In this document: positions 36,701 to 51,700 of the stretch, piece by piece
Layout: each line of letters begins with the position of its first letter
How positions within the stretch are numbered: position 1 is the first letter of the stretch
DNA from: Eledone cirrhosa
Taxonomy: Eukaryota
Length of the DNA: 64,000 nt
Assembly (NCBI GenBank): GCA_964016885.1
Contig: OZ024743.1
Coordinates: 95,790,001 to 95,854,000 of the forward strand
Reading direction: 5' to 3'
Translations under genes and position numbers: made by a program
The notes under the pieces: generated by a model
Told to the model about the DNA's origin: nothing
Database searches by the model: none
What the model saw: the letters and a program-made list of their open reading frames with translations, nothing else

Positions 36701-39700
36701 AGAAAGGCGTAGGAAGAGATCGGAGAAGGAAGGTATAGGAAAGTGTATGAAGAGATAGAGAAGGAAGGAATAGAAAGGCGTAGGAAGAGATAGAGAAGGA
36801 AGGAATAGAAAGGCGTATGAAGAGATAGAGAAGGAAGGAATAGAAAGGCTTAAGAAGAGATAGAGATGGAAGGAATAGAACAGCGTAGGAAGAGATAGAG
36901 AAGGAAGGAATGGAAAAGCGTAGGAAGAGATAGAGAAGGAAGGTATAGGAAGGCGTAGGAAGAGATAGAGAAGGAAGGAATGGAAAGGCGTAGGAAAAGA
37001 TAGAGAAGGAAGGAAGAGAAAGGCGTAGGAAGAGATAGAGAAGGAAGGAATAGAAAGGTGTAGGAAGAGATAGAGAAGCAAGGAATAGAACAGCGTAAGA
37101 AGAGATAGAGAAGGAAGGAATAGAAAGGCGTAGGAAGAGATAGAGAAGGAAGGAATAGAAAGGTGTAGGAAGAGATAAAGAAGGAAGGAATAGATAGGTG
37201 TAGGAAGAGATAGTGAAGGAAGTAATGGAAAGGCGTAGGAAGAGATAGAGAAGGAAGGAATGGAAAGGTGTAGGAAGAGATAGAGAAGGAAGGAATGGAA
37301 AGGCGTAGGAAGAGATAGAGAAGGAAGGAATGGAAAGGCGTAGGAAGAGATAGAGAAGGAAGGAATGGAAAGGCGTAGGAAGAGATAGAGAAGGAAGGAA
37401 TAGAAAGGCGTAGGAAGAGATAGAGAAGGAAGGAATGGAAAGGCGTAGGAAGAGATAGAGAAGGAAGGAATAGAAGGGTGTAGGAAGAGATAGAGAAGGA
37501 AGGAATAGAAAGGCGTAGGAAGAGATAGAGAAGGAAGGAATGGAAAGGCGTAGGAAGAGATAGAGAAGGAAGGAATGGAAAGGCGTAGGAAGAGATAGAG
37601 AAGGAAGGAATGGAAAGGCGTAGGAAGAGATAGAGAAGGAAGGAATAGAAAGGCGTAGGAAGAGATAGAGAAGGAAGGAATGGAAAGGCGTAGGAAGAGA
37701 TAGAGAAGGAAGGAATAGAAGGGTGTAGGAAGAGATAGAGAAGGAAGGAATAGAAAGGCGTAGGAAGAGATAGAGAAGGAAGGAATGGAAAGGCGTAGGA
37801 AGAGATAGAGAAGGAAGGAATAGAAAGGCGTAGGAAGAGATAGAGAAGGAAGGAATGGAAAGGCGTAGGAAGAGATAGAGAAGGAAGGAATGGAAAGGCG
37901 TAGGAAGAGATAGAGAAGGAAGGAATAGAAAGGCGTAGGAAGAGATAGAGAAGGAAGGAATGGAAAGGCGTAGGAAGAGATAGAGAAGGAAGGAATGGAA
38001 AGGCGTAGGAAGAGATAGAGAAGGAAGGAATAGAAAGGGCGTAGGAAGAGATAGAGAAGGAAAGAATGGATAGGCGTAGGAAGAGATAGGGAAAGAAGGA
38101 ATTGAAAGGTGTAGGAAGAGATAGAGAAGGAAGGAATAGAAAGGCATAGGAAGAGATAGAGAAGGAAGGAATAGAAAGGTGTAGGAAGAGATAGAGAAGG
38201 AAGGAATGGAAAGGCGTAGGAAGAGATAGAGAAGGAAGGAATGGAATAGCGTAGGAAGAGATAGAGAAGGAAGGAATAGAAAGGCGTAGGAAGAGATAGA
38301 GAAGGAAGGAATGGAAAGGCGTAGGAAGAGATAGAGAAGGAAGGAATGGAAAGGTGTAGGAAGAGATAGAGAAGTAAGGAATGGAAAGGCTTAGGAAGAG
38401 ATAGAGAAGGAAGGAATAGAAAGGTGTAGGAAGAGATAGAGAAGGAAGGAATAGAAAGGCTTAGGGAGAGATAGAGAAGGAAGGAATAGAAAGGTGTAGG
38501 AAGAAATAGAGAAGGAAGGTATAGAAAGGCGTAGGAAGAGATAGAGAAGGAAGGAATAGAAAGGTGTAGGAAGACATAGAGAAGGAAGGAATAGAAAGGC
38601 GTAGGAAGAGATAGAGAAGGAAGGAATAGAAAGGCGTAGGAAGAGATAGAGAAGGAAGGAATAGAAAGGCGTAGGAAGAGATAGAGAAGGAGGGATAGAA
38701 AGGCGTAGGAAGAGATAGAGAAGGAAGGAATGGAAAGGCGTAGGAAGTGATAGAGAAGGAAGTAATAGAACTGCGTAGCAAGAGATAGAGAAGGAAGGAA
38801 TAGAAAGACGTAGGAAGAGATAGAGAAGGAAGGAATAGAAAGGTGTAGGAAGTGATAGAGAAGGAAGGAATAGAAAGGTGTAGGAAGTGATAGAGAAGGA
38901 AGGAATAGAAAGACGTAGGAATAGATAGAGAAGGAGGAATAGAAAGTTGTAGGAAGAGATAGAGAAGGAAGGAATGGAAAGGTGTAGGAAGAGATAGAGA
39001 AGGAAGGAATAGAAAGGTGTAGGAAGAGATACAGAAGGAAGGAATAGAAAGGTTTAGGAAGAGATAGAGAAGGAAGGAATGGAAAGGTGTAGGAAGAGAT
39101 AGAGAAGGAAGGAATAGAAAGGTGTAGGAAGAGATAGAGAAGGAAGGAATAGAAAGGCGTAGGAAGAGATAGAGAAGGAAGGAATGGAAAGGCGTAGGAA
39201 AAGATAGAGAAGGAAGGAATAGAAAGGCGTAGGAAGAGATAGAGAAGGAAGGAATAGAACAGCGTAGGAAGAGATAGAGAAGGAAGGAATAGAAAGGCGT
39301 AGGAAGAGATAGAGAAGGAAGGAATAGAAAGGTGTAGGAAGAGATAGAGAAGGAAGGAAGGGAAAGGCGTAGGAAGAGATAGAGAAAGAAGGAATAGAAA
39401 GGCGTAGGAAGAGATAGAGAAGGAAGGAATGGAAAGGCGTAGGAAGAGATAGAGAAGGAAGGAATAGAAAGGCGTAGGAAGAGATAGAGAAGGAAAGAAT
39501 GGATAGGCGTAGGAAGAGATAGAGAAAGAAGGAATTGAAAGGAGTAGGAAGAGATAGAGAAGGAAGGAATAGAAAGGCATAGGAAGATATAGAGAAGGAA
39601 GGAATAGAAAGGTGTAGGAAGAGATAGAGAAGGAAGGAATGGAAAGGCGTAGGAAGAGATAGAGAAGGAAGGAATGGAATAGCGTAGGAAGAGATAGAGA

Positions 39701-42700
39701 AGGAAGGTATAGGAAGGCTTAGGAAGAGATAGAGAAGGAAGGAATGGAAAGGCGTAGGAAGAGTTAGAGAAGGAAGGTATAGAAAGGCGTAGGAAGAGAT
39801 AGAGAAGGAAGGAATAGAAAGGCGTAGGAAGAGATAGAGAAAGAGGAATAGAAAGGCGTAGGAAGTGATGGAGAAGGAAGTAATAGAACTGCGTAGGAAG
39901 AGATAGAGAAGGAAGGAATAGGAAAGCGTAGGAAGAGATGGAGAAGGAAGGAATAGAAAGGCGTAGGAAGAGATAGAGAAGGAAGGAATAGAAAGGTGTA
40001 GGAAGAGGTAAAGGAGGAAGGCAGGGAAAGGCGTAGGAAGAGATAGAGAAGGAACGAATAGAAAGGCGTGGGAAGAGATAGAGAAGGAAGGAATAGAAAG
40101 GCGTAGGAAGAGATAGAGAAGGAAGGTATAGGAAGGCGTAGGAAGAGATAGAGAAGGAAGGAATAGAAAGGTGTAGGAAGAGATAGAGAAGGAAGGAAGG
40201 GAAAGGCGTAGGAAGAGATAGAGAAGGAAGGAATAGAAAGACGTAGGAAGAGATAGAGAAGGAAGGAATAGAAAGGCGTAGGAAGAGATAGAGAAGGAAG
40301 GAATAGAAAGACGTAGGAAGAGATGGAGAAGGAAGGAATAGAAAGGCGTAGGAAGAGATAGAGAAGGAAGGAATAGAAAGGCGTAGGAAGAGATAGAGAA
40401 GGAAGGAATAGAAAGGTGTAGGAAGAGATAAAGAAGGAAGGAATAGAAAGGCGTAGGAAGAGATAGAGAAGGAAGTAATAGAAAGGCGTAGGAAGAGATA
40501 GAGAAGGAAGGAATAGAAAGACGTAGGAAGAGATAGAGAAGGAAGGAATAGAAAGGTGTAGGAAGAGATAGAGAAGGAAGAAATAGAAAGGCGTAGGAAG
40601 AGATAGAGAAGGAAGGAATAGAAAGGCGTAGGAAGAGATGGAGAAGGAAGGAATAGAAAGGCGTGGGAAGAGTTAGAGAAGGAAGGAATAGAAAGGTGTA
40701 GGAAGAGATAAAGAAGGAAGGAAGGGAAAGGCGTAGGAAGAGTTAGAGAAGGAAAGAATAGAAAGGTGTAGGAAGAGATAAAGAAGGAAGGAATAGAAAG
40801 GCGTAGGAAGAGATGGAGAAGGAAGGAATAGAAAGGTGAAGGAAGAGATAGAGAAGGAAGGAATAGAAAGGTGTAGGAAGAGATAGAGAAGGAAGGAATA
40901 GAAAGACGTAGGAAGAGATAGAGAAGGAAGGAATAGAAAGGTGTAGGAAGAGATAGAGAAGGAAGGAATAGAAAGACGTAGGAAGAGATAGAGAAGGAAG
41001 GAATAGAAAGGTGTAGGAAGAGATAGAGAATGAAGGAATAGAAAGGTGTAGGAAGAGATAAAGAAGGAAGGAAAGGAAAGGCGTAGGAAGAGATAGAGAA
41101 GGAAGTAATAGAAAGGCGGAGGAAGAGATAGAGAATGAAGGAATAGAAAGGTGTAGGAAGAGATAAAGAAGGAAGGAAGGGAAAGGCGTAGGAAGAGATA
41201 GAGTAGGAAGGAATAGAAAGGTGTAGGAAGAGATAGAGAAGGAAGGAATAGAAAGGTGTAGGAAGAGATAGAGAAGGAAGGAATAGAAAGGTGTAGGAAG
41301 AGATAGAGAAGGAAGGAATGGAAAGGCGTAGGAAGAGATAGAGAAGGAAGGAATAGGAAGATGTAGGAAGAGATAGAGAAGGAAGGAATGGAAAGGCGTA
41401 GGAAGAGATAGAGAAGGAGGAATAGAAAGGCGTAGGAAGAGATAGAGAAGGAAGGAATGGAAAGGTGTAGGAAGAGTTAGAGAAGGAAGGAATGGGAAGG
41501 CGTAGGAAGAGATAGAGAAGGAAGGAATAGAAAGGTGCAGGAAGAGATAGAGAAGGAAGGAATAGAAAGGCTTAGGAAGAGATAGAGAAGGAAGGAATAG
41601 AACAGCGTAGGAAGAGATAGAGAGGGAAGGAATAGAAAGGTGTAGGAAGAGATAGAGAAGGAAGGAATAGAAAGGCGTAGGAAGAGATAGAGAAGGAACG
41701 AATAGAAAGGCGTAGGAAGAGATGGAGAAGAAAGGAATAGAAAGGCGTAGGAAGAGATAGAGAAGGAAGGAATGGAAAGGCGTAGGAAGAGATACAGAAG
41801 GAAGGAATAGAAAGGTGTAGGAAGAGATAGAGAAGGAAGGAATAGAAAGGCGTAGGAAGAGATAGAGAAGGAAGGAATGGAAAGGCGTAGGAAGAGATAG
41901 AGAAGGTAGGAATAGAAAGGTGTAGGAAGAGATAAAGAAGGAAGGAAGGGAAAGGCGTAGGAAGAGATAGAGAAGGAAGGAATAGAAAGGCGTAGGAAGA
42001 GATAGAGAAGGAAGGAATAGAAAGACGTAGGAAGAGATAGAGAAGGAAGGAATAGAAAGGTGTAGGAAGAGATAGAGAAGGAAGGAATAGAAAGACGTAG
42101 GAAGAGATAGAGAAGGAAAGAATAGAAAGGCGTAGGAAGAGATAGAGAAGGAAGGAATAGAAAGGTGTAGGAAGAGATAGAGAAGGAGGAATAGAAAGGC
42201 GTAGGAAGAGATAGAGAAGGAAGGAATAGAAAGGTGTAGGAAGAGATAGAGAAGGAAGGAAGGGAAAGGCGTAGGAAGAGATAGAGAAAGAAGGAATAGA
42301 AAGGCGTAGGAAGAGATAGAGAAGGAAGGAATGGAAAGGCGTAGGAAGAGATAGAGAAGGAAGGAATAGAAAGGCGTAGGAAGAGATAGAGAAGGAAAGA
42401 ATGGATAGGCGTAGGAAGAGATAGAGAAAGAAGGAATTGAAAGGTGTAGGAAGAGATAGAGAAGGAAGGAATAGAAAGGCATAGGAAGATATAGAGAAGG
42501 AAGGAATAGAAAGGTGTAGGAAGAGATAGAGAAGGAAGGAATGGAAAGGCGTAGGAAGAGATAGAGAAGGAAGGAATGGAATAGCGTAGGAAGAGATAGA
42601 GAAGGAAGGTATAGGAAGGCTTAGGAAGAGATAGAGAAGGAAGGAATGGAAAGGCGTAGGAAGAGTTAGAGAAGGAAGGTATAGAAAGGCGTAGGAAGAG

Positions 42701-45700
42701 ATAGAGAAGGAAGGAATAGAAAGGCGTAGGAAGAGATAGAGAAGGAGGAATAGAAAGGCGTAGGAAGTGATGGAGAAGGAAGTAATAGAACTGCGTAGGA
42801 AGAGATAGAGAAGGAAGGAATAGGAAAGCGTAGGAAGAGATGGAGAAGGAAGGAATAGAAAGGCGTAGGAAGAGATAGAGAAGGAAGGAATAGAAAGGTG
42901 TAGGAAGAGGTAAAGGAGGAAGGCAGGGAAAGGCGTAGGAAGAGATAGAGAAGGAACGAATAGAAAGGCGTGGGAAGAGATAGAGAAGGAAGGAATAGAA
43001 AGGCGTAGGAAGAGATAGAGAAGGAAGGAATAGAAAGGCGTAGGAAGAGATAGAGAAGGAAGGAATAGAAAGACGTAGGAAGAGATGGAGAAGGAAGGAA
43101 TAGAAAGGCGTAGGAAGAGATAGAGAAGGAAGGAATAGAAAGGCGTAGGAAGAGATAGAGAAGGAAGGAATAGAAAGGTGTAGGAAGAGATAAAGAAGGA
43201 AGGAATAGAAAGGCGTAGGAAGAGATAGAGAAGGAAGTAATAGAAAGGCGTAGGAAGAGATAGAGAAGGAAGGAATAGAAAGACGTAGGAAGAGATAGAG
43301 AAGGAAGGAATAGAAAGGTGTAGGAAGAGATAGAGAAGGAAGAAATAGAAAGGCGTAGGAAGAGATAGAGAAGGAAGGAATAGAAAGGCGTAGGAAGAGA
43401 TGGAGAAGGAAGGAATAGAAAGGCGTAGGAAGAGTTAGAGAAGGAAGGAATAGAAAGGTGTAGGAAGAGATAAAGAAGGAAGGAAGGGAAAGGCGTAGGA
43501 AGAGTTAGAGAAGGAAAGAATAGAAAGGTGTAGGAAGAGATAAAGAAGGAAGGAAGGGAAAGGCGTAGGAAGAGATGGAGAAGGAAGGAATAGAAAGGCG
43601 TAGGAAGAGATGGAGAAGGAAGGAATAGAAAGGTGAAGGAAGAGATAGAGAAGGAAGGAATAGAAAGGTGTAGGAAGAGATAGAGAAGGAAGGAATAGAA
43701 AGACGTAGGAAGAGATAGAGAAGGAAGGAATAGAAAGGTGTAGGAAGAGATAGAGAAGGAAGGAATAGAAAGACGTAGGAAGAGATAGAGAAGGAAGGAA
43801 TAGAAAGGTGTAGGAAGAGATAGAGAATGAAGGAATAGAAAGGTGTAGGAAGAGATAAAGAAGGAAGGAAAGGAAAGGCGTAGGAAGAGATAGAGAAGGA
43901 AGTAATAGAAAGGCGGAGGAAGAGATAGAGAATGAAGGAATAGAAAGGTGTAGGAAGAGATAAAGAAGGAAGGAAGGGAAAGGCGTAGGAAGAGATAGAG
44001 TAGGAAGGAATAGAAAGGTGTAGCAAGAGATAGAGAAGGAAGGAATAGAAAGGTGTAGGAAGAGATAGAGAAGGAAGGAATAGAAAGGTGTAGGAAGAGA
44101 TAGAGAAGGAAGGAATGGAAAGGCGTAGGAAGAGATAGAGAAGGAAGGAATAGGAAGATGTAGGAAGAGATAGAGAAGGAAGGAATGGAAAGGCGTAGGA
44201 AGAGATAGAGAAGGAGGAATAGAAAGGCGTAGGAAGAGATAGAGAAGGAAGGAATGGAAAGGTGTAGGAAGAGTTAGAGAAGGAAGGAATGGGAAGGCGT
44301 AGGAAGAGATAGAGAAGGAAGGAATAGAAAGGTGTAGGAAGAGATAGAGAAGGAAGGAATGGAAAGGCGTAGGAAGAGATAGAGAAGGAAGGAATAGAAA
44401 GGCTTAGGAAGAGATAGAGAAGGAAGGAATAGAACAGCGTAGGAAGAGATAGAGAGGGAAGGAATAGAAAGGTGTAGGAAGAGATAGAGAAGGAAGGAAT
44501 AGAAAGGCGTAGGAAGAGATAGAGAAGGAACGAATAGAAAGGCGTAGGAAGAGATGGAGAAGAAAGGAATAGAAAGGCGTAGGAAGAGATAGAGAAGGAA
44601 GGAATGGAAAGGCGTAGGAAGAGATACAGAAGGAAGGAATAGAAAGGTGTAGGAAGAGATAAAGAAGGAAGGAAGGGAAAGGCGTAGGAAGAGATAGAGA
44701 AGGAAGGAATAGAAAGGCGTAGGAAGAGATAGAGAAGGAAGGAATGGAAAGGCGTAGGAAGAGATAGAGAAGGAAGGAATAGAAAGGTGTAGGAAGAGAT
44801 AAAGAAGGAAGGAAGGGAAAGGCGTAGGAAGAGATAGAGAAGGAAGGAATAGAAAGGCGTAGGAAGAGATAGAGAAGGAAGGAATAGAAAGACGTAGGAA
44901 GAGATAGAGAAGGAAGGAATAGAAAGGTGTAGGAAGAGATAGAGAAGGAAGGAATAGAAAGACGTAGGAAGAGATAGAGAAGGAAAGAATAGAAAGGCGT
45001 AGGAAGAGATAGAGAAGGAAGGAATAGAAAGGTGTAGGAAGAGATAGAGAAGGAGGAATAGAAAGGCGTAGGAAGAGATAGAGAAGGAAGGAATAGAAAG
45101 GTGTAGGAAGAGATAAAGAAGGAAGGAAGGGAAAGGCGTAGGAAGAGATTGAGAAGGAAGGAATAGAAAGGCGTAGGAAGAGATAGAGTAGGAAGGAATA
45201 GAAAGACGTAGGAAGAGATAGAGAAGGAAGGAATAGAAAGGCGTAGGAAGAGATGGAGAAGGAAGGAATAGAAAGGTGTAGGAAGAGATAGAGATGGAAG
45301 GAATAGAAAGGTGTAGGAAGAGATAAAGAATGAAGGAAGGGAAAGGCGTAGGAAGAGATAGAGAAGGAAGGAATAGAAAGGCGTAGGAAGAGATAGAGAA
45401 GGAAGGAATAGAAAGACGTAGGAAGAGATAGAGAAGGAAGGAATAGAAAGGTGTAGGAAGAGATAGAGAAGGAAGGAGTAGAAAGACGAAGGAAGAGATA
45501 GAGAAGGAAGGAATAGAAAGGTGTAGGAAGAGATAGAGAATGAAGGAATGGAAAGGTGTAGGAAGAGATAAAGAAGGAAGGAAAGGAAAGGCGTAGGAAG
45601 AGATAGAGAAGGAAGGAATAGAAAGGCGTAGGAAGAGATAGAGAAGGAAGGAATAGAAAGGCGTAGGAAGAGATAGAGAATGAAGGAATAGAAAGGCGTA

Positions 45701-48700
45701 GGAAGAGATAGAGAAGGAAGGAATAGAAAGGTGTAGGAAGAGATAAAGAAGGAAGGAATAGAAAGGCGTAGGAAGAGATAGAGAAGGAAGAAATAGAAAG
45801 GCGTAGGAAGAGATAGAGAAGGAAGAAATAGAAAGGCGTAGGAAGAGATAGAGAAGGAAGGAATAGAAAGGCGTAGGAAGAGATGGAGAAGGAAGGAATA
45901 GAAAGGCGTAGGAAGAGTTAGAGAAGGAAGGAATAGAAAGGTGTAGGAAGAGATAAAGAAGGAAGGAAGGGAAAGGCGTAGGAAGAGTTAGAGAAGGAAA
46001 GAATAGAAAGGTGTAGGAAGAGATAAAGAAGGAAGGAAGGGAAATGCGTAGGAAGAGATAGAGAAGGAAGGAATAGAAAGGCGTAGGAAGAGATGGAGAA
46101 GGAAGGAATAGAAAGGCGTAGGAAGAGTTAGAGAAGGAAGGAATAGAAAGGTGTAGGAAGAGATAAAGAAGGAAGGAAGGGAAAGGCGTAGGAAGAGTTA
46201 GAGAAGGAAAGAATAGAAAGGTGTAGGAAGAGATAAAGAAGGAAGGAAGGGAAAGGCGTAGGAAGAGATAGAGAAGGAAGGAATAGAAAGGCGTAGGAAG
46301 AGATAGAGAAGGAAGGTATAGAAAGACGTAGGAAGAGATAGAGAAGGAAGGAATAGAAAGGTGTAGGAAGAGATAGAGAAGGAAGGAATAGAAAGACGTA
46401 GGAAGAGATGGAGAAGGAAGGAATAGAAAGGCGTAGGAAGAGATGGAGAAGGAAGGAATAGAAAGGTGTAGGAAGAGATAGAGAAGGAAGGAATAGAAAG
46501 GTGTAGGAAGAGATAGAGAAGGAAGGAATAGAAAGACGTAGGAAGAGATAGAGAAGGAAGGAATAGAAAGGTGTAGGAAGAGATAAAGAAGGAAGGAAAG
46601 GAAAGGCGTAGGAAGAGATAGAGAAGGAAGGAATAGAAAGACGTAGGAAGAGATAGAGAATGAAGGAATAGAAAGGTGTAGGAAGAGATAAAGAAGGAAG
46701 GAAGGGAATGGCGTAGGAAGAGATAGAGTAGGAAGGAATAGAAAGGCGTAGGAAGAGATAGAGAATGAAGGAATAGAAAGGTGTAGGAAGAGATAAAGAA
46801 GGAAGGAAAGGAAAGGTGTAGGAAGAGACAGAGAAGGAAGGAATAGAAAGGCGTAGGAAGAGATAGAGAATGAAGGAATAGAAAGGTGTAGGAAGAGATA
46901 AAGAAGGAAGGAAGGGAAAGGCGTAGGAAGAGATAGAGTAGGAAGGAATAGAAAGGTGTAGGAAGAGACAGAGAAGGAAGGAATAGAAAGGTGTAGGAAG
47001 AGATAGAGAAGGAAGGAATAGAAAGGTGTAGGAAGAGATAGAGAAGGAAGGAATGGAAAGGCGTAGGAAGAGATAGAGAAGGAAGGAATAGGAAGATGTA
47101 GGAAGAGATAGAGAAGGAAGGAATGGAAAGGCGTAGGAAGAGATAGAGAAGGCGGAATAGAAAGGCGTAGGAAGAGATAGAGAAGTAAGGAATGGAAAGG
47201 TGTAGGAAGAGTTAGAGAAGGAAGGAATGGGAAGGCGTAGGAAGAGATAGAGAAGGAAGGAATAGAAAGGTGTAGGAAGAGATAGAGAAGGAAGGAATGG
47301 AAAGGCGTAGGAAGAAATAGAGAAGGAAGGAATTGAAAGGCGTAGGAAGAGATAGAGAAGGAAGGAATGGAAAGGTGTAGGAAGAGATAGAGAAGGAAGG
47401 AATAGAAAGGCTTAGGAAGAGATAGAGAAGGAAGGAATAGAACAGCGTAGGAAGAGATAGAGAGGGAAGGAATAGAAAGGTGTAGGAAGAGATAGAGAAG
47501 GAAGGAATAGAAAGGCGTAGGAAGAGATAGAGAAGGAAGGAATAGAAAGGCGTAGGAAGAGATAGAGAAGGAAGGAATAGAAAGGCGTAGGAAGAGGTGG
47601 AGAAGGAAGGAATAGAAAGGTGTAGGAAGAAATAGAGAAGGAAGGAATAGAAAGGCGTAGGAAGAGATAGAGAAGGAACGAATAGAAAGGCGTAGGAAGA
47701 GATGGAGAAGAAAGGAATAGAAAGGCGTAGGAAGAGATAGAGAAGGAAGGAATGGAAAGGCGTAGGAAGAGATAGAGTAGGAAGGAATAGAAAGGTGTAG
47801 GAAGAGATAGAGAAGGAAGGAATAGAAAGGCGTAGGAAGAGATAGAGAAGGAAGGAATGGAAAGGCGTAGGAAGAGATAGAGAAGGAAGGAATAGAAAGG
47901 TGTAGGAAGAGATAAAGAAGGAAGGAAGGGAAAGGCGTAGGAAGAGATAGAGAAGGAAGGAATAGAAAGGCGTAGGAAGAGATAGAGAAGGAAGGAATAG
48001 AAAGACGTAGGAAGAGATAGAGAAGGAAGGAATAGAAAGGTGTAGGGAGAGATAGAGAAGGAAGGAATAGAAAGACGTAGGAAGAGATAGAGAAGGAAAG
48101 AATAGAAAGGCGTAGGAAGAGATAGAGAAGGAGGAATAGAAAGGCGTAGGAAGAGATAGAGAAGGAAGGAATAGAAAGGTGTAGGAAGAGATAAAGAAGG
48201 AAGGAAGGGAAAGGCGTAGGAAGAGATAGAGAAGGAAGGAATAGAAAGGCGTAGGAAGAGATAGAGAAGGAAGGAATAGAAAGGCGTAGGAAGAGATGGA
48301 GAAGGAAGGAATAGAAAGGTGTAGGAAGAGATAGAGAAGGAAGGAATAGAAAGGTGTAGGAAGAGATAAAGAATGAAGGAAGGGAAAGGCGTAGGAAGAG
48401 ATAGAGAAGGAAGGAATAGAAAGGCGTAGGAAGAGATAGAGAAGGAAGGAATAGAAAGACGTAGGAAGAGATAGAGAAGGAAGGAATAGAAAGGTGTAGG
48501 AAGAGATAGAGAAGGAAGGAGTAGAAAGACGAAGGAAGAGATAGAGAAGGAAGGAATAGAAAGGTGTAGGAAGAGATAGAGAATGAAGGAATGGAAAGGT
48601 GTAGGAAGAGATAAAGAAGGAAGGAAAGGAAAGGCGTAGGAAGAGATAGAGAAGGAAGGAATAGAAAGGCGTAGGAAGAGATAGAGAATGAAGGAATAGA

Positions 48701-51700
48701 AAGGTGTACGAAGAGATAGAGAAGGAAGGAATAGAAAGGTGTAGGAAGAGATAGAGAAGGAAGGAATAGAAAGGTGTAGGAAGTGATAGAGAAGGAAGGA
48801 ATGAGAAAGGCGTAGGAAGAGATAGAGAAGGAAGGAATAGGAAGATGTCGGAAGAGGTAGAGAAGGAAGGAATGGAAAGGCGTAGGAAGAGATAGAGAAG
48901 GAGGAATAGAAAGGCGTAGGAAGAGATAGAGAAGGAAGGAATGGAAAGGCGTAGGAAGAGATGGAGAAGGAAGGAATAGAAAGGCGTAGGAAGAGATAGA
49001 GAAGGAAGGAATGGAAAGGCGTAGGAAGAGATAGAGAAGGAGGAATAGAAAGGTGTAGGAAGAGATAGAGAAGGAAGGAATGGAAAGGCGTAGGAAGAGA
49101 TGGAGAAGGAAGGAATAGAAAGGCGTAGGAAGAGATGGAGAAGGAAGGAATAGAAAGGTGTAGGAAGAGATAGAGAAGGAAGGAATAGAAAGGTGTAGGA
49201 AGAGATAGAGAAGGAAGTAATAGAAAGACGTAGGAAGAGATAGAGAAGGAAGGAATAGAAAAGCGTAGGAAGAGATAGAGAAGGAAGGAATAGAAAGGCG
49301 TAGGAAGAGATAGAGAAGGAAGGAATAGAAAGGTGTAGGAAGAGATAGAGAATGAAGGAATAGAAAGGTGTAGGAAGAGATAGAGAATGAAGGAATAGAA
49401 AGGCGTAGGAAGAGATAGAGAAGGAAGGAATGGAAAGGTGTAGGAAGAGATAGAGAAGGAAGGAATAGAAAGGCTTAGGAAGAGATAGAGAAGGAAGGAA
49501 TTGAACAGCGTAGGAAGAGATAGAGAAGGAAGGAATAGAACGGTGTAGGAAGAGATAGAGAAGGAAGGAATAGAAAGGCGTAGGAAGAGATAAAGAAGGA
49601 AGGTAGGGAAAGGCGTAGGAAGAGATAGAGAAGGAAGGAATAGAAAGTTGTAGGAAGAGATAGAGAAGGAAGGAATAGAAAGGTGTAGGAAGAGATAGAG
49701 AAGGAAGGAATAGAAAGGTGTAGGAAGAGATAGAGAAGGAAGGAATGGAAAGGCGTAGGAAGAGATAGAGAAGGAAGGAATAGGAAGATGTAGGAAGAGA
49801 TAGAGAAGGAAGGAATGGAAAGGCGTAGGAAGAGATAGAGAAGGAAGGAATTGAACAGCGTAGGAAGAGATAGAGAAGGAAGGAATAGAAAGGTGTAGGA
49901 AGAGATAGAGAAGGAAGGAATGGAAAGGTGTAGGAAGAGTTAGAGAAGGAAGGAATGGGAAGGCGTAGGAAGAGATAGAGAAGGAAGGAATAGAAAGGTG
50001 TAGGAAGAGATTGAGAAGGAAGGAATGGATAGGCGTAGGAAGAAATAGAGAAGGAAGGAATAGAAAGTCGTAGGAAGAGATAGAGAAGGAAGGAATGGAA
50101 AGGTGTAGGAAGAGATAGAGAAGGAAGGAATAGAAAGGCTTAGGAAGAGATAGAGAAGGAAGGAATTGAACAGCGTAGGAAGAGATAGAGAAGGAAGGAA
50201 TAGAAAGGTGTAGGAAGAGATAGAGAAGGAAGGAATAGAAAGGCGTAGGAAGAGATAGAGAAGGAAGGAATAGAAAGGCGTAGGAAGAGATGGAGAAGGA
50301 AAGAATAGAAAGGTGTAGGAAGAGATAGAGAAGGAAGGAATAGAAAGGCGTAGGAAGAGATAGAGAAGGAAGGAATGGAAAGGCGTAGGAAGAGATAGAG
50401 AAGGAAGGAATAGAAAGGTGTAGGAAGAGATAGAGAAGGAAGGAATGGAAAGGTGTAGGAAGAGATAGAGAAGGAAGGAATGGATAGGTGTAGGAAGAGA
50501 TAAAGAAGGAAGGAAGGGAAAGGCGTAGGAAGAGATAGAGAAGGAAGGAATAGAAAGGCGTAGGAAGAGATAGAGAAGGAAGGAATAGAAAGACGTAGGA
50601 AGAGATAGAGAAGGAAGGAATAGAAAGGTGTAGGAAGAGATAGAGAAGGAAGGAATAGAAAGACGTAGGAAGAGATAGAGAAGGAAAGAATAGAAAGGCG
50701 TAGGAAGAGATAGAGAAGGAGGAATAGAAAGGTGTAGGAAGAGATAGAGAAGGAAGGAATAGAAAGACGTAGGAAGAGATAGAGAAGGAAAGAATAGAAA
50801 GGCGTAGGAAGAGATAGAGAAGGAAGGAATAGAAAGGTGTAGGAAGAGATAGAGAAGGAAGGAATGGAAAGGCGTAGGAAGAGATAGAGAAGGAAGGAAT
50901 GGAAAGGCGTAGGAAGAGATAGAGAAGGAAGGAATAGAAAGGTGTAGGAAGAGATAGAGAAGGAAGGAATGTAAAGGTGTAGGAAGAGATAGAGAAGGAA
51001 GGAATGGATAGGTGTAGGAAGAGATAAAGAAGGAAGGAAGGGAAAGGCGTAGGAAGAGATAGAGAAGGAAGGAATAGAAAGGCGTAGGAAGAGATAGAGA
51101 AGGAAGGAATAGAAAGACGTAGGAAGAGATAGAGAAGGAAGGAATAGAAAGGTGTAGGAAGAGATAGAGAAGGAAGGAATAGAAAGACGTAGGAAGAGAT
51201 AGAGAAGGAAAGAATAGAAAGGCGTAGGAAGAGATAGAGAAGGAGGAATAGAAAGGCGTAGGAAGAGATAGAGAATGAAGGAATGGAAAGGTGTATGAAG
51301 AGATAAAGAAGGAAGGAAAGGAAAGGCGTAGGAAGAGATAGAGAAGGAAGGAATAGAAAGGCGTAGGAAGAGATAGAGAAGGAAGGAATAGAAAGGCGTA
51401 GGAAGAGATAGAGAATGAAGGAATAGAAAGGTGTAGGAAGAGATAAAGAAGGAAGGAAGGGAAAGGCGTAGGAAGAGATAGAGAAGGAAGGAATAGAAAG
51501 GCGTAGGAAGAGATAGAGAAGGAAGGAATAGAAAGGTGTAGGAAGTGATAGAGAAGGATGGAATGAGAAAGGCGTAGGAAGAGATAGAGAAGGAAGGAAT
51601 AGGAAGGCGTAGGAAGAGATAGAGAAGGAGGAATAGAAAGGCGTAGGAAGAGATAGAGAAGGAAGGAATGGAAAGGCGTAGGAAGAGATAGAGAAGGAAG

